A stretch of 63,930 nucleotides of DNA, filler included, from Lama guanicoe (GCA_013239625.1; 210 parts of 210 records of this genome joined end to end with filler, not necessarily neighbours in it); one strand, 5' to 3'. Counted from the whole stretch's first letter, positions 24,994 to 36,786 are shown. Numbers and translations: made by a program. Notes: a model not told the origin generated them from the letters alone.

Positions 24994-25198
24994 GTGTGAA
25001 CTCTGTATTTTCTGCTCAATTCTGTTGTGAACCTGAAACTGCACTAAAAGAATAAAGTCTATTAAAAAAAAAGAGTTGATGTGTTGTATGAGTCCATTTA
25101 TATGAAATTTCTGGTAAAGGCAGAACTATAGAGACAGAAAGGAGACTGGTGTTTACCTGGGGTTGAAGGTGGGTACACGACTTGACCTCAGATGGGCA
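24994..25198 (+). mobile_element. L1MC 3' terminus with poly-A, followed by an older L1M 3' UTR fragment
   Basis: GAACTCTGTATTTTCTGCTCAATT...AATAAAGTCTATTAAAAAAAA, then TGTATGAGTCCATTTATATGAAAT...AACTATAGAGACAGAAAG. Confidence 0.75.
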
Positions 25199-25298
25199 NN
25201 NNNNNNNNNNNNNNNNNNNNNNNNNNNNNNNNNNNNNNNNNNTTAATTAATTAANNNNNNNNNNNNNNNNNNNNNNNNNNNNNNNNNNNNNNNNNNNN

Positions 25299-25365
25299 CC
25301 ACAGATGCAGAACTACAGATATGGAGGACCGACTGTAAAGTTATCAGCGGATTTTTTCTGTTTGG
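25299..25365. mobile_element. Tigger2/MER8-like terminal fragment
   Basis: CAGATATGGAGGACCGACTGTAAAGTTAT..GCGGATTTT. Confidence 0.5.
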
Positions 25366-25379
25366 TTGGTTTTTGGGTT

Positions 25380-25502
25380 TTTTTTTTTCAGGGGGACGGG
25401 AATAATTAGGTTTGTTTGTTTGTTTGTTTGTTTGTTTGTTTGTTTATTAATTATTGTTATTTTTTATTTAACTGACGTATTGGGGATTGAAACCATGACC
25501 TC
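25380..25502 (-). mobile_element. tRNA-derived SINE 3' half, camelid Vic-1-like, with (TTTG)n tail
   Basis: GGG..AATAATTAGGTTTGTTTG...GTATTGGGGATTGAAACCATGACCTC; the antisense carries a B-box-like GGTTTCAATCCCC. Confidence 0.7.
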
Positions 25503-26212
25503 NNNNNNNNNNNNNNNNNNNNNNNNNNNNNNNNNNNNNNNNNNNNTTAATTAATTAANNNNNNNNNNNNNNNNNNNNNNNNNNNNNNNNNNNNNNNNNN
25601 NNTTCCCAAAGCAACAAGGGGCACAGAGGCCTTCTGAGCCTCCTTTTTGCTAAACTTGGCAAGAAACTAGTAGATGCTTTCTAGAGTTCGTTGGGGGCAG
25701 AACATATCCCTCCGAAGATCAATAAATGGGTAAGACGTGCGTGCCTCCTGCTTTCCTTCCTCGTGCTTCCTTTCTTAGGTCTTTCTTCTTTCTGCTTTCA
25801 CTGGCCGNNNNNNNNNNNNNNNNNNNNNNNNNNNNNNNNNNNNNNNNNNNNTTAATTAATTAANNNNNNNNNNNNNNNNNNNNNNNNNNNNNNNNNNNNN
25901 NNNNNNNATTTCTACTGCTCAACCCCTTTTTTCATTCTCACTTGAGTATTTTAAAGTTTTTTGAATAATTACCTATGTACTAAATGTACTTAAAATTTTG
26001 GTCTTGATTTCAAGAGAAAAAAAAATTATTTTTGAGTTGCTAATGTCTGTTTACAGAATTTCAAATCTTCTTAGTTGTGACTACCTTAAGATGCCTTTTG
26101 TAGAAGGAGTTANNNNNNNNNNNNNNNNNNNNNNNNNNNNNNNNNNNNNNNNNNNNTTAATTAATTAANNNNNNNNNNNNNNNNNNNNNNNNNNNNNNNN
26201 NNNNNNNNNNNN

Positions 26213-26417
26213 GTGCCAAGAAGCCAAGTCATGACATTACAAGAAAAACTTGAATTGCTTGGTAACATATGGTAGGTTGAGGTCTGCAGTGGTGGTTTCT
26301 GCCATTTCAAGATAAATGAATCCAGTGAAAGGACTATGGTAATAAAAAAAAAAAGAAAAGGAAATTTTTGAAGCCATTGCTGCAGCTACACCAGCAATCA
26401 TGAGAACTTGGCACTTT
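26213..26417 (+). mobile_element. Tigger2 transposase N-terminal HTH fragment, frameshifted
   Basis: VMTLQEKLELL...RLRSAVVVS.HFKINESSERTMV...KEKEIFEAIAAATPA. Confidence 0.85.
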
Positions 26418-26517
26418 NNNNNNNNNNNNNNNNNNNNNNNNNNNNNNNNNNNNNNNNNNNNTTAATTAATTAANNNNNNNNNNNNNNNNNNNNNNNNNNN
26501 NNNNNNNNNNNNNNNNN

Positions 26518-26722
26518 AGAGAGTTCTCTTCTCTCCACACCCTCTCTAGCATTCATCATTTGTGGACATTTTAATGATAGCCATTCTGACTGGTTTGAGA
26601 TGATACTTCATGGTAGTTTTGACTTGCGTTTCTCTGATAATAGGGATGTTGAGCATTTTTTCATGTATTTATTGGCCATTTTTATCTCTTCAAATAGTGT
26701 TGGGAAAACTGGACAGCCGCCT
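26518..26722 (-). mobile_element. L1 ORF2 fragment containing a 5'-inversion junction at ~26685-26691
   Basis: 26518-26690 antisense encodes EEIKMANKYMKKCSTSL..IRETQVKTTMKYHLKPVRMAIIK; 26686-26722 sense encodes the LF..CWENWTA motif. Confidence 0.85.
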
Positions 26723-26822
26723 NNNNNNNNNNNNNNNNNNNNNNNNNNNNNNNNNNNNNNNNNNNNTTAATTAATTAANNNNNNNNNNNNNNNNNNNNNN
26801 NNNNNNNNNNNNNNNNNNNNNN

Positions 26823-27027
26823 TATGCTTACTGGTTATTTGTATACCTATTTTTAAAGAAATATTTGTCAAAATGCTTTGCTCAATTTCCATTTTATTTG
26901 TCCTTTTATTGCTGAAAGAGTTCTTTATATATTCTGAATACAAGTGCCTTATCAGATATATAATTTGCAAATATATTGTCTTATTCTGTGTGCTGTATAT
27001 TTAATTTCTTGATGTTATCATTTGAAC
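26823..27027 (-). mobile_element. Old L1M ORF2 3' fragment
   Basis: GAGTTCTTTATATATTCTGAATACAAGTGCCTTATCAGATATATAATTTGCAAATAT. Confidence 0.8.
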
Positions 27028-27127
27028 NNNNNNNNNNNNNNNNNNNNNNNNNNNNNNNNNNNNNNNNNNNNTTAATTAATTAANNNNNNNNNNNNNNNNN
27101 NNNNNNNNNNNNNNNNNNNNNNNNNNN

Positions 27128-27332
27128 CATTGAGTAAAAGTGGCAAGAGCAGGAATCCTTGTCTTGTTCCTGATCTCAGAGGGAAAGATTTCAACTTTCC
27201 ACTGTTGAGTATGATGTTATCTATGGGCTTGTCATATATGATTTTTATTACGTTGACGTATATTCTGTCTATATCCACTTTATTGAGAGTTTTGTTTTGT
27301 TTTTTATCATGAATAGGTGCTGAATTTTGTCA
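27128..27332 (-). mobile_element. L1 ORF2 reverse transcriptase fragment
   Basis: [38 protein letters not shown] corresponds to [38 protein letters not shown]. Confidence 0.95.
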
Positions 27333-28042
27333 NNNNNNNNNNNNNNNNNNNNNNNNNNNNNNNNNNNNNNNNNNNNTTAATTAATTAANNNNNNNNNNNN
27401 NNNNNNNNNNNNNNNNNNNNNNNNNNNNNNNNTTACATAATCTGATTTTTGTTTTTATCTTGATATTCTACTCATATACACAGACTGTTATGTGAGTAAT
27501 ATGTACGAAGGCGTTTTAGTTGTAAAGGAGGCACATAAAACCTAAGTGTAAAGAGTTAAATATAAAGGTACTACATCCTGGTCCTCTGGATTCCACAATT
27601 TTTCCTTTGAGCCACACTTAAGGGCTTGAAAGGGAAANNNNNNNNNNNNNNNNNNNNNNNNNNNNNNNNNNNNNNNNNNNNTTAATTAATTAANNNNNNN
27701 NNNNNNNNNNNNNNNNNNNNNNNNNNNNNNNNNNNNNAGTTTTCATTTACTTATCTGCAAAGGTATTTCGTATTGGTATATTGTTGCTTTATCTTTTGCT
27801 TTATAATTCTGAGAACTTAACTGTATATTTTTCAAACATTAAAAAGAGCACAAAAGCCACCGCCAATATTTATCAAATGCTAACGTATCACCGTATTTCA
27901 TTCAGAATTTATCTTTGGTAGCTGTTTTAGGTTTACTTCTAANNNNNNNNNNNNNNNNNNNNNNNNNNNNNNNNNNNNNNNNNNNNTTAATTAATTAANN
28001 NNNNNNNNNNNNNNNNNNNNNNNNNNNNNNNNNNNNNNNNNN

Positions 28043-28247
28043 GGAAATAGATTTGGATATAGAGGGTGGGAAGGGGGAAGAGGTCAAGGATGAATCCCAA
28101 GTTTCTGACTTTTGAAACTAATGGATGGTGGTCCATTGGCTAAAAATGGAACTTCGGAGAATGAGTGTGTGAAAGGACAGGAGGAGGTGGACGAGAGCTG
28201 GAAAAATCAGAGATGATGGCCAGATCCTGAGATATTGGAATTTAAGA
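28043..28247 (-). mobile_element. L2 fragment
   Basis: GAGGTCAAGGATGAATCCCAAGTTTCTGACTT...AACTAATGGATGGTGGT. Confidence 0.65.
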
Positions 28248-28347
28248 NNNNNNNNNNNNNNNNNNNNNNNNNNNNNNNNNNNNNNNNNNNNTTAATTAAT
28301 TAANNNNNNNNNNNNNNNNNNNNNNNNNNNNNNNNNNNNNNNNNNNN

Positions 28348-28552
28348 CAAAACTGAGCATGTGGACAGACGTTCTTTCATGTAGCACATGGGCAGAGGTT
28401 GCATCACAAACACTTATTGTGGTTACTCAGTCTCTTTCCTGGTAACGGTTTTTAATTTCTTGCAGTTTTCACTGTAAACCCGAGTTTGAGCTTGTACCTA
28501 CTCATATATATGTATGTAGTGGAGTTTCAACTGAAGAGAAATTTTGTGTTCC
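28348..28552 (+). repeat. ~250-bp tandem satellite family, copy C
   Basis: Circularly permuted relative to 37802-38006: its start matches that contig's end and its second half matches that contig's start. Confidence 0.85.
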
Positions 28553-28957
28553 NNNNNNNNNNNNNNNNNNNNNNNNNNNNNNNNNNNNNNNNNNNNTTAA
28601 TTAATTAANNNNNNNNNNNNNNNNNNNNNNNNNNNNNNNNNNNNNNNNNNNNCACTCTCTGAAAACGGACAGGCTGGCCTCAGTGCTTACAAATCCAGGC
28701 TTCTGACAGGGATAGGGAAGGAGAAAGCCGTCTTTCCTGGTCACTGTTCTGTGCCCTTCCTCACCGCACCCAGGCCTGACCGCAGCTCCATCGCCCTCCT
28801 GTGTGCTCGCATCTCTTCCTGTGATAAAGGGGTCGTGTAGGTGGCACCTCCACTATTNNNNNNNNNNNNNNNNNNNNNNNNNNNNNNNNNNNNNNNNNNN
28901 NTTAATTAATTAANNNNNNNNNNNNNNNNNNNNNNNNNNNNNNNNNNNNNNNNNNNN

Positions 28958-29135
28958 TAGTGGCCGCAGGGAAAGGGAAATGGAGAGCTTGGAGTTCAAC
29001 AGATATATGATTTGTTTTGCAAATGAGTAAACTCTAGAGATCTTCTGTACAACGTTGTGCCTGTGGTTAATACTGTGCTGTGTATATAAATATTTAATAG
29101 AGTAGGTCTCATGTTCAGTGTTCATATCAAACACA
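28958..29135 (+). mobile_element. L1MA/MB-type 3' UTR
   Basis: TGAGTAAACTCTAGAGATCTTCTGTACAACGTTGTGCCTGTGGTTAATACTGTG...GAGTAGGTCTCATGTTCAGTGTTC. Confidence 0.75.
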
Positions 29136-29299
29136 CAGAAATCATCTAAAAGCCAGCCATGANNNNNNNNNNNNNNNNNNNNNNNNNNNNNNNNNNNNNN
29201 NNNNNNTTAATTAATTAANNNNNNNNNNNNNNNNNNNNNNNNNNNNNNNNNNNNNNNNNNNNGTGCCAGGGCCGCAGAGCAACTCAGTGAGGTGGCCAC

Positions 29300-29410
29300 T
29301 GGAATCCCCCACTTCACTGATGAACAGATGAAGCTCAGAGACAGATTAAGTATCTTGCCCAAGGTCACAGTGCCAGCAAGTGACAGAACCCAGTTCACAT
29401 CCCCTAACCC
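29300..29410 (-). mobile_element. MIR SINE core
   Basis: ATCCCCCACTTCACTGATGAACAGATGAAGCTCAGAGACAGATTAAGTATCTTGCCCAAGGTCACA. Confidence 0.85.
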
Positions 29411-29872
29411 ACAAGCATATCCATGTTCTTTCCTCCTGCCCACTTGCCTTCCTAGGAACAGACATAANNNNNNNNNNNNNNNNNNNNNNNNNNNNNNNNN
29501 NNNNNNNNNNNTTAATTAATTAANNNNNNNNNNNNNNNNNNNNNNNNNNNNNNNNNNNNNNNNNNNNAAAAAATCCTGTTGCCTGGTGCCTACCCCAGAA
29601 CAGTTAGGTCCAACCTGTGGGTCTTGGACTGAAACGATTCCAGGTACTTCTAGCCCTCCACCGGGTGGAGAATCACTGCCACCGCCACACTTTCAAGCCA
29701 CCATTTTAATCCTGCCTTAATTGCTGAAATTACAAAACTGAAGCCCTCTGTCTTTGATTAACTGAACTATAANNNNNNNNNNNNNNNNNNNNNNNNNNNN
29801 NNNNNNNNNNNNNNNNTTAATTAATTAANNNNNNNNNNNNNNNNNNNNNNNNNNNNNNNNNNNNNNNNNNNN

Positions 29873-30382
29873 GAAGTTATTATGAATGAAATGAATTAAT
29901 GAAAAGTAAGATCAGAAAAGAGTGATTTAAAAAAATGAACGTGAGAGTGTCATTGACCATGTGCCTGGGGGAGTGTCACTGACCAGGCTAATGTATTACG
30001 ATGAGTGTGTAATGAAGCTCAACGTCTGCTGGAAGTTAAATCTCCCACCATCCTGGGCCCCAGGATATACTGGGAGTNNNNNNNNNNNNNNNNNNNNNNN
30101 NNNNNNNNNNNNNNNNNNNNNTTAATTAATTAANNNNNNNNNNNNNNNNNNNNNNNNNNNNNNNNNNNNNNNNNNNNGAAGTTATTATGAATGAAATGAA
30201 TTAATGAAAAGTAAGATCAGAAAAGAATGATTTAAAAAAATGAACGTGAGAGTGTCATTGACCATATGCCTGGTGGAGTGTCACTGACCAGGCTAATGTA
30301 TTATGATGAGTGTGTAATGAAGCTCAACGTCTACTGGAAGTTAAATCTCCCACCATCCTGGGCCCCAGGATATACTGGGAGT
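29873..30382 (+). repeat. Near-identical contig pair 4 (29873-30077 / 30178-30382), assembly bubble
   Basis: 5 substitutions; 49 identical bases at each end. Confidence 0.95.
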
Positions 30383-30787
30383 NNNNNNNNNNNNNNNNNN
30401 NNNNNNNNNNNNNNNNNNNNNNNNNNTTAATTAATTAANNNNNNNNNNNNNNNNNNNNNNNNNNNNNNNNNNNNNNNNNNNNGCCTGCTGAGAATTCTGG
30501 TGAGGTTCCCTGGAGTGTCCTGGCGAGGGGCAACCGATGGAGCATGGTCTCCAAGGAGGACGGAGGAGTTTCCCCCGGGAGCTTGGGCGGAGGCTTTCCC
30601 AGGCCCACGGAGATGGGAGGGCAGGAGAGCAAGCGGACGTGTGGCAGGCTGGCAGGTGGAGGGAGGGGGTCGAGGTGAGCAGTGACCNNNNNNNNNNNNN
30701 NNNNNNNNNNNNNNNNNNNNNNNNNNNNNNNTTAATTAATTAANNNNNNNNNNNNNNNNNNNNNNNNNNNNNNNNNNNNNNNNNNNN

Positions 30788-30878
30788 CTGTTTCCAAATA
30801 CAGTCACATTCTGAGACACCAGGGGATAAGACTTCAGCATACGAATTCGTTGGGGGACATAATTCAGCCCATACCACA
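30788..30878 (-). mobile_element. MLT1 (MaLR) LTR 5' end
   Basis: TTTCCAAATACAGTCACATTCTGAG..ACCAGGGGATAAGACTTCAGCATACGAATT...GGGGGACATAATTCAGCCCATACCA. Confidence 0.85.
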
Positions 30879-31092
30879 CTCGTGGACACACAGACACACA
30901 AACACACACACGTTTCTTTCCTCAAGGATTTTGGTATTGCTGGCTCCATGAGGGGAGAACTAATTTTTGAACTCTTATCTGTCTGTGCCACCNNNNNNNN
31001 NNNNNNNNNNNNNNNNNNNNNNNNNNNNNNNNNNNNTTAATTAATTAANNNNNNNNNNNNNNNNNNNNNNNNNNNNNNNNNNNNNNNNNNNN

Positions 31093-31297
31093 AATGAGTG
31101 CAATCACACACTATGTAGCCTCCTGAGTGTGACTTTTTCCATTTAGCACAACACCCTTGGGATCCACCTAGTTTATTGCATGTGGCTATAGTCTGTTCCT
31201 TTCAGTCACTACAGACTTTGTTCTTCAACTTATGATTATGGTGGTCAGAAAGCCATATGCATTCTGTAGACACCATACTTTGATTTTGGATTTTGAT
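31093..31297. mobile_element. Old L1M 3' fragment (minus) followed by a MER47/Tigger5-like fragment
   Basis: TATGTAGCCT...TTTTCCATTTAGCA...GATCCACCTAGTTTATTGCATGT, then GAAAGCCATATGCATTCTGTAGACACCATACTTTGATTTTGGATTTTGAT. Confidence 0.5.
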
Positions 31298-31397
31298 NNN
31301 NNNNNNNNNNNNNNNNNNNNNNNNNNNNNNNNNNNNNNNNNTTAATTAATTAANNNNNNNNNNNNNNNNNNNNNNNNNNNNNNNNNNNNNNNNNNNN

Positions 31398-31437
31398 AAA
31401 TGATTATAAATCAATAAAAAATGTTAAAAAAAAAAGA
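31398..31437 (+). mobile_element. L1 3' terminus and poly-A (same family as 10723-10865)
   Basis: AAATGATTATAAATCAATAAAAAATGTTAAAAAAAAAA. Confidence 0.6.
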
Positions 31438-32006
31438 ATGAATTAGTACATGATACCAATGAAGCAATATGAAGATAACTGGGAAAAGGGCTTATTTACA
31501 TAACAGAGGCAAATCATCTTGTTCTTGTATAGTGAGTAATCTCTAGTAGACATTTACATGTACATTCTCTTTGCCTTTTGTGAAAAGTCTATCCACATAC
31601 CNNNNNNNNNNNNNNNNNNNNNNNNNNNNNNNNNNNNNNNNNNNNTTAATTAATTAANNNNNNNNNNNNNNNNNNNNNNNNNNNNNNNNNNNNNNNNNNN
31701 NACTGCAGAGGAGCTGAGCTGGAAGCTGAGATTTAACGTGACTTCTTGGGCGAAGTTACATTTTTAGGTGGATCAGCACGTTGAGCACATTATCCTCAGA
31801 ATTTCTTATTGATTAAACTCGCTGACTGTGCTTGCATTATTATTTAAAATCACTTGTTTCAGGACTCGAAGTTTTCTGTTTTTTCCTTTTAATTCTACAT
31901 ATTTTCNNNNNNNNNNNNNNNNNNNNNNNNNNNNNNNNNNNNNNNNNNNNTTAATTAATTAANNNNNNNNNNNNNNNNNNNNNNNNNNNNNNNNNNNNNN
32001 NNNNNN

Positions 32007-32211
32007 ATGGGCAGAAGATTTGAATCGACATTTTTCCAAAGAAGACATACAGATGGCCAAAGGCACATGAAAAGAGAAATGCAAATCAAAAACTCTGTGA
32101 GTTATAAACAACTCATACCAGTCAAAGTGGCTACCATCAAAAAGACCACAAATAACAAATGCTAGCAAGGATGTGGAGAAAAGGGAACCCTAATACACTG
32201 TTGGTAGGAAT
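32007..32211 (+). mobile_element. L1 ORF2 C-terminal fragment
   Basis: WAEDLNRHFSKEDIQMA...REMQIKT...PVKVATIKKTTNNKC*QGCGEKGTLIHCW. Confidence 0.93.
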
Positions 32212-33226
32212 NNNNNNNNNNNNNNNNNNNNNNNNNNNNNNNNNNNNNNNNNNNNTTAATTAATTAANNNNNNNNNNNNNNNNNNNNNNNNNNNNNNNNN
32301 NNNNNNNNNNNTTATCACATCAGACAGTTAGGCAAGATGGCTGTATAACAAATACTTTCACATCTTTAAGTCTTTGAACATGCAGTGTCTTTAACAGAGT
32401 GCCTCCCACTCTCTTCTTTAGAGTCACTTTTTACCTTACCAAATCCTGCCCATTCGTTTGTGTTCAGTTCCAATGCTTCCTTCTCTATAAAGCCATCCCT
32501 GAGTTTCCCAGGCAGANNNNNNNNNNNNNNNNNNNNNNNNNNNNNNNNNNNNNNNNNNNNTTAATTAATTAANNNNNNNNNNNNNNNNNNNNNNNNNNNN
32601 NNNNNNNNNNNNNNNNATTATTTCCCCCTAAATGGTTCTAGCATCCCTGGAGACTTCCCATGCTTCCTTCCCCCAGGACTTTCCTGAGTCCCTGAGCTCC
32701 CTCATCCACACAGAGCGGAAAGACAGTATTCTGCAGGGACGCTTAACATTTACAATGTGGAAGGCAGCTCAGGGACTTTAATTTAGATACCAGGAGGGTT
32801 CTTAACAAACAACACTTTGTGNNNNNNNNNNNNNNNNNNNNNNNNNNNNNNNNNNNNNNNNNNNNTTAATTAATTAANNNNNNNNNNNNNNNNNNNNNNN
32901 NNNNNNNNNNNNNNNNNNNNNAGGATGGCATGAGAAATTATGTCCATTCCAGATTTAGTTCACCTGGCAAACCAGATCTGTCACACTTCAGATGAGTTAC
33001 TTCCGAAGAAGACCACCAAGATTTTTAATCTTCAGCTCCAGCAAATGAAGGCCCCTAAACAAAAACAGAACCTTCCCGGTTTCTGCTATTATTGCAAACA
33101 TTCAGAACGCTGAAAAAGAGATTACTNNNNNNNNNNNNNNNNNNNNNNNNNNNNNNNNNNNNNNNNNNNNTTAATTAATTAANNNNNNNNNNNNNNNNNN
33201 NNNNNNNNNNNNNNNNNNNNNNNNNN

Positions 33227-33431
33227 CAACCCCTCCCCCACCTCATAAACATACCCTCCCCGGCACACTCAACATACCCCAAACTGAACACTGGACAGTC
33301 CCTTTCAATTCTGCTCCTCGTCCCATGTGCCAGGTCTCAGGACACAGAATCTCCAGCTACCCAGCTGTTCAGGCTGGAGACGGAGAAACCATCCTCAACA
33401 CCTCCTTCGCTCTCTTCACTCTGCTGCCCCC
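33227..33431 (+). mobile_element. L2 fragment
   Basis: CACTCAACATACCCCAAACTGAAC...CTACCCAGCTGTTCAGGCTGGAGAC...CATCCTCAACACCTCCTTCGCTCTC. Confidence 0.6.
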
Positions 33432-34805
33432 NNNNNNNNNNNNNNNNNNNNNNNNNNNNNNNNNNNNNNNNNNNNTTAATTAATTAANNNNNNNNNNNNN
33501 NNNNNNNNNNNNNNNNNNNNNNNNNNNNNNNGGTGGAGAACGGCTGCTCCCACCAATCAGAAACACCCACCTTGGACTTTTATGTGAGAAAGAAAATTGA
33601 ACTTACTTTTTTGGACAGGCCCATAAAGCGGGCATGTTTGGGTCTATCCGCTGCAGGAGTGAACGTGACCTGAGGCTATCCTCTTACACATCAGTCTGGT
33701 GTTATTTCTGTTTGGCCATCAATGGGCACTTACTATNNNNNNNNNNNNNNNNNNNNNNNNNNNNNNNNNNNNNNNNNNNNTTAATTAATTAANNNNNNNN
33801 NNNNNNNNNNNNNNNNNNNNNNNNNNNNNNNNNNNNCACCCACCTCCTCCTCCTCCCCACAAGGAGAGGAGAAAGCTGTTCCAGACCTCAAGGCATTAGC
33901 CCAGGTGGTCCCCTCTGCCTGGAACTCCTTTACCTCAACCACTACTTTGCAGTGATAAATCGGCCTTTAATTCCAGACTCAACCCAAGTATCTGCTCCTT
34001 GAGAAAGTCTCCAATTGCCACCCAATCACCAGGCCTCCAGGNNNNNNNNNNNNNNNNNNNNNNNNNNNNNNNNNNNNNNNNNNNNTTAATTAATTAANNN
34101 NNNNNNNNNNNNNNNNNNNNNNNNNNNNNNNNNNNNNNNNNGTTTGAACCTCCAACCCCAGCAGTGACAAAAGGATTTGCTCAGCGTTTTCCTAGTAGGG
34201 TCATGTGCTAGGGCGGCTGGAAGTCCTGGGGCTCAGGAGTGCGGGGGCCACAGGCGTGAGGATGCTAGCGGGAGGAGGCCACCACTGGAGAAGTCAAAGG
34301 GGCGAGGACACCTGTCAACGTCCCACTTCACCGATGGGACGCAGCCNNNNNNNNNNNNNNNNNNNNNNNNNNNNNNNNNNNNNNNNNNNNTTAATTAATT
34401 AANNNNNNNNNNNNNNNNNNNNNNNNNNNNNNNNNNNNNNNNNNNNCTCCAGGCAGAAATGAAGGCGTCGGTGTTATCTGCAGCCACGGGTCCTGGGTGA
34501 GTCCCCTCTCATGTGGGCGGAGGGACAGCACTCCTGTCATCTGCTCCCAGCAGGGACAACAGCAGTAGCCTCTGTTGGGGCAGGTCCGATGCCTCAGGAT
34601 TTTGAGGAAGGTGGGCCCGCAGACCCCCTTGTTCGAGAAGTGGCCAGTCACNNNNNNNNNNNNNNNNNNNNNNNNNNNNNNNNNNNNNNNNNNNNTTAAT
34701 TAATTAANNNNNNNNNNNNNNNNNNNNNNNNNNNNNNNNNNNNNNNNNNNNAGAATTTTTTTATTCTTTTTCAACAAGAAAGAGCAAAGCCTCCAGATAC
34801 TGTTG

Positions 34806-34906
34806 TCATAGTGGCTGGTGTCCGTCTTGTCTTTCATCCAAGGGAGCCTTGATGAAGGGAAACTGCTTCAACCAGAATAGCCGATAGTCCCTTTGGAATG
34901 AAGCTT
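34806..34906 (-). CDS. Candidate terminal coding exon of an unidentified gene (..ASFQRDYRLFWLKQFPFIKAPLDERQDGHQPL*)
   Basis: Minus strand shows the pyrimidine tract TTTATCTTTCCCTTTCAATAG (AG at 34907-34908), 32 open codons, TGA at 34806-34808 and AATAAA at 34760-34765; peptide not recognised. Confidence 0.35.
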
Positions 34907-35971
34907 CTATTGAAAGGGAAAGATAAATTGAGATAGTTTTGACTTTGAACAACTGCNNNNNNNNNNNNNNNNNNNNNNNNNNNNNNNNNNNNNNNNNNNN
35001 TTAATTAATTAANNNNNNNNNNNNNNNNNNNNNNNNNNNNNNNNNNNNNNNNNNNNTACCGGTGAATGGCTGGGCTGGGTTTGCAAGCCGGGCCCCCAGC
35101 TGGCACGCTAAGCTCTGCAGGTGTGGGCAGGAGCGGATCTCCGCTGCTCCTCTGCTCGAGTCCCACCCCCACAACCAAGGAGCGAAGACCCTTGATTGTC
35201 CCAGATGGAACCGCCTCCCCTGCCACCCCCACAGGATGACCAGGGTTCTGCCAGGCACCACNNNNNNNNNNNNNNNNNNNNNNNNNNNNNNNNNNNNNNN
35301 NNNNNTTAATTAATTAANNNNNNNNNNNNNNNNNNNNNNNNNNNNNNNNNNNNNNNNNNNNAATTATTTAATAATCAAACAGGATAAAGATGATGGGAAA
35401 GTTGCAGAAAAAGATGCTTTTAAGATTTCTGAGTTGAACGGTGCAGGAGATTTGGCTGTTTCTTGAAATTTAAGGCTTTAAAACAAGTCCTGATAGTACG
35501 TTGTTTTTGTTTTGGCAAAAAAAAAATGGTTTTATTTCCTGTTTCCTGCTCGCAGTAGGTCAGGTANNNNNNNNNNNNNNNNNNNNNNNNNNNNNNNNNN
35601 NNNNNNNNNNTTAATTAATTAANNNNNNNNNNNNNNNNNNNNNNNNNNNNNNNNNNNNNNNNNNNNTGAGCTTCAGGGAGGCAGCTCAGCTTCCCCTGAA
35701 TCCTAATACATCTTCGTAGTGAAGAATCACGCCAGAAATACACACCTGGGTTGGTGGGCACATCGGGGGCAGTAGCGGTCTGCCCAGTATGGACAGCAAG
35801 GTTGAGAAGCATCATAGGGTGACTACAAGGAGCAGAGTAGGTACAGACTCTGGCCTTGAAGACAGGGATTTNNNNNNNNNNNNNNNNNNNNNNNNNNNNN
35901 NNNNNNNNNNNNNNNTTAATTAATTAANNNNNNNNNNNNNNNNNNNNNNNNNNNNNNNNNNNNNNNNNNNN

Positions 35972-36176
35972 TATCAAAGCTAGAAAGAAAAGGGTAACCT
36001 GAATAGTCCTATATTTATTTTAAAAAATAAATGTAGTTTCAAAACTTCCTGCAAAAGAGAAGTCCAGGTGCAGATAGCTTCACTTGTGAATGCTCCCAAA
36101 CACTGAAGAAACAATGCCGTAATAATAATGCTCTTTTAGAAAATAATGGGGGGGAGGGCACTTCCCTACTCATTCT
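35972..36176 (+). mobile_element. Degenerate L1 ORF2 fragment
   Basis: KLPAKEKSRCR / SPGADSFTCECSQTLKK resembles [23 protein letters not shown]. Confidence 0.75.
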
Positions 36177-36581
36177 NNNNNNNNNNNNNNNNNNNNNNNN
36201 NNNNNNNNNNNNNNNNNNNNTTAATTAATTAANNNNNNNNNNNNNNNNNNNNNNNNNNNNNNNNNNNNNNNNNNNNAGTCATAAACTGCAGACCTCAGTG
36301 ACCTGTTGTCCAGTCCCAGAGTGCAGTTATTGGAATGTGTTGCTGAATAACATGATTAATTTTAAAAGTCTGTGCTTGGTCCTATCAGGGTGAGCAGAGC
36401 AGAAGACGAGGGCAAGGGACTCAAGCCAAGAGATCAGAATGCAGGGCAGGCAGAAGGCAAGCATGAAGGAGACTGGCCCCANNNNNNNNNNNNNNNNNNN
36501 NNNNNNNNNNNNNNNNNNNNNNNNNTTAATTAATTAANNNNNNNNNNNNNNNNNNNNNNNNNNNNNNNNNNNNNNNNNNNN

Positions 36582-36786
36582 TATCTGGTCTTATATTTGG
36601 GTTTTTAATCCAGTTTGAATTTACTTTGTATGTGGTATGAGAGAATGTTCTTATTTCATTCTTTTACATCTAGTTGTCCAGTTTTCCCAGCAACAAATGT
36701 TGAAGACTATCTTTTCTCCATTGTATATTCTTGTCTTAGATTAGTTAGCCATAAGTGTGTGGGGTTATTTCTAGGCTGTCTACCCC
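36582..36786 (-). mobile_element. L1 ORF2 fragment
   Basis: TTGTCCAGTTTTCCCAGCAACAAATGTTGAAGACTATCTTTTCTCCATTGTATATTCTT (antisense CWENWT region). Confidence 0.9.

Noticed and set aside
29873..30382. Adjacent near-identical contigs as real tandem duplications (also 45122-45631 and 45732-46241)
   Set aside because: Adjacency reflects contig ordering; the exact 49-bp identical ends indicate assembly-graph bubble branches.
30500..30685. 61-aa ORF in a GC-rich contig
   Set aside because: Several frames are open because of GC content and the peptide is not recognisable.
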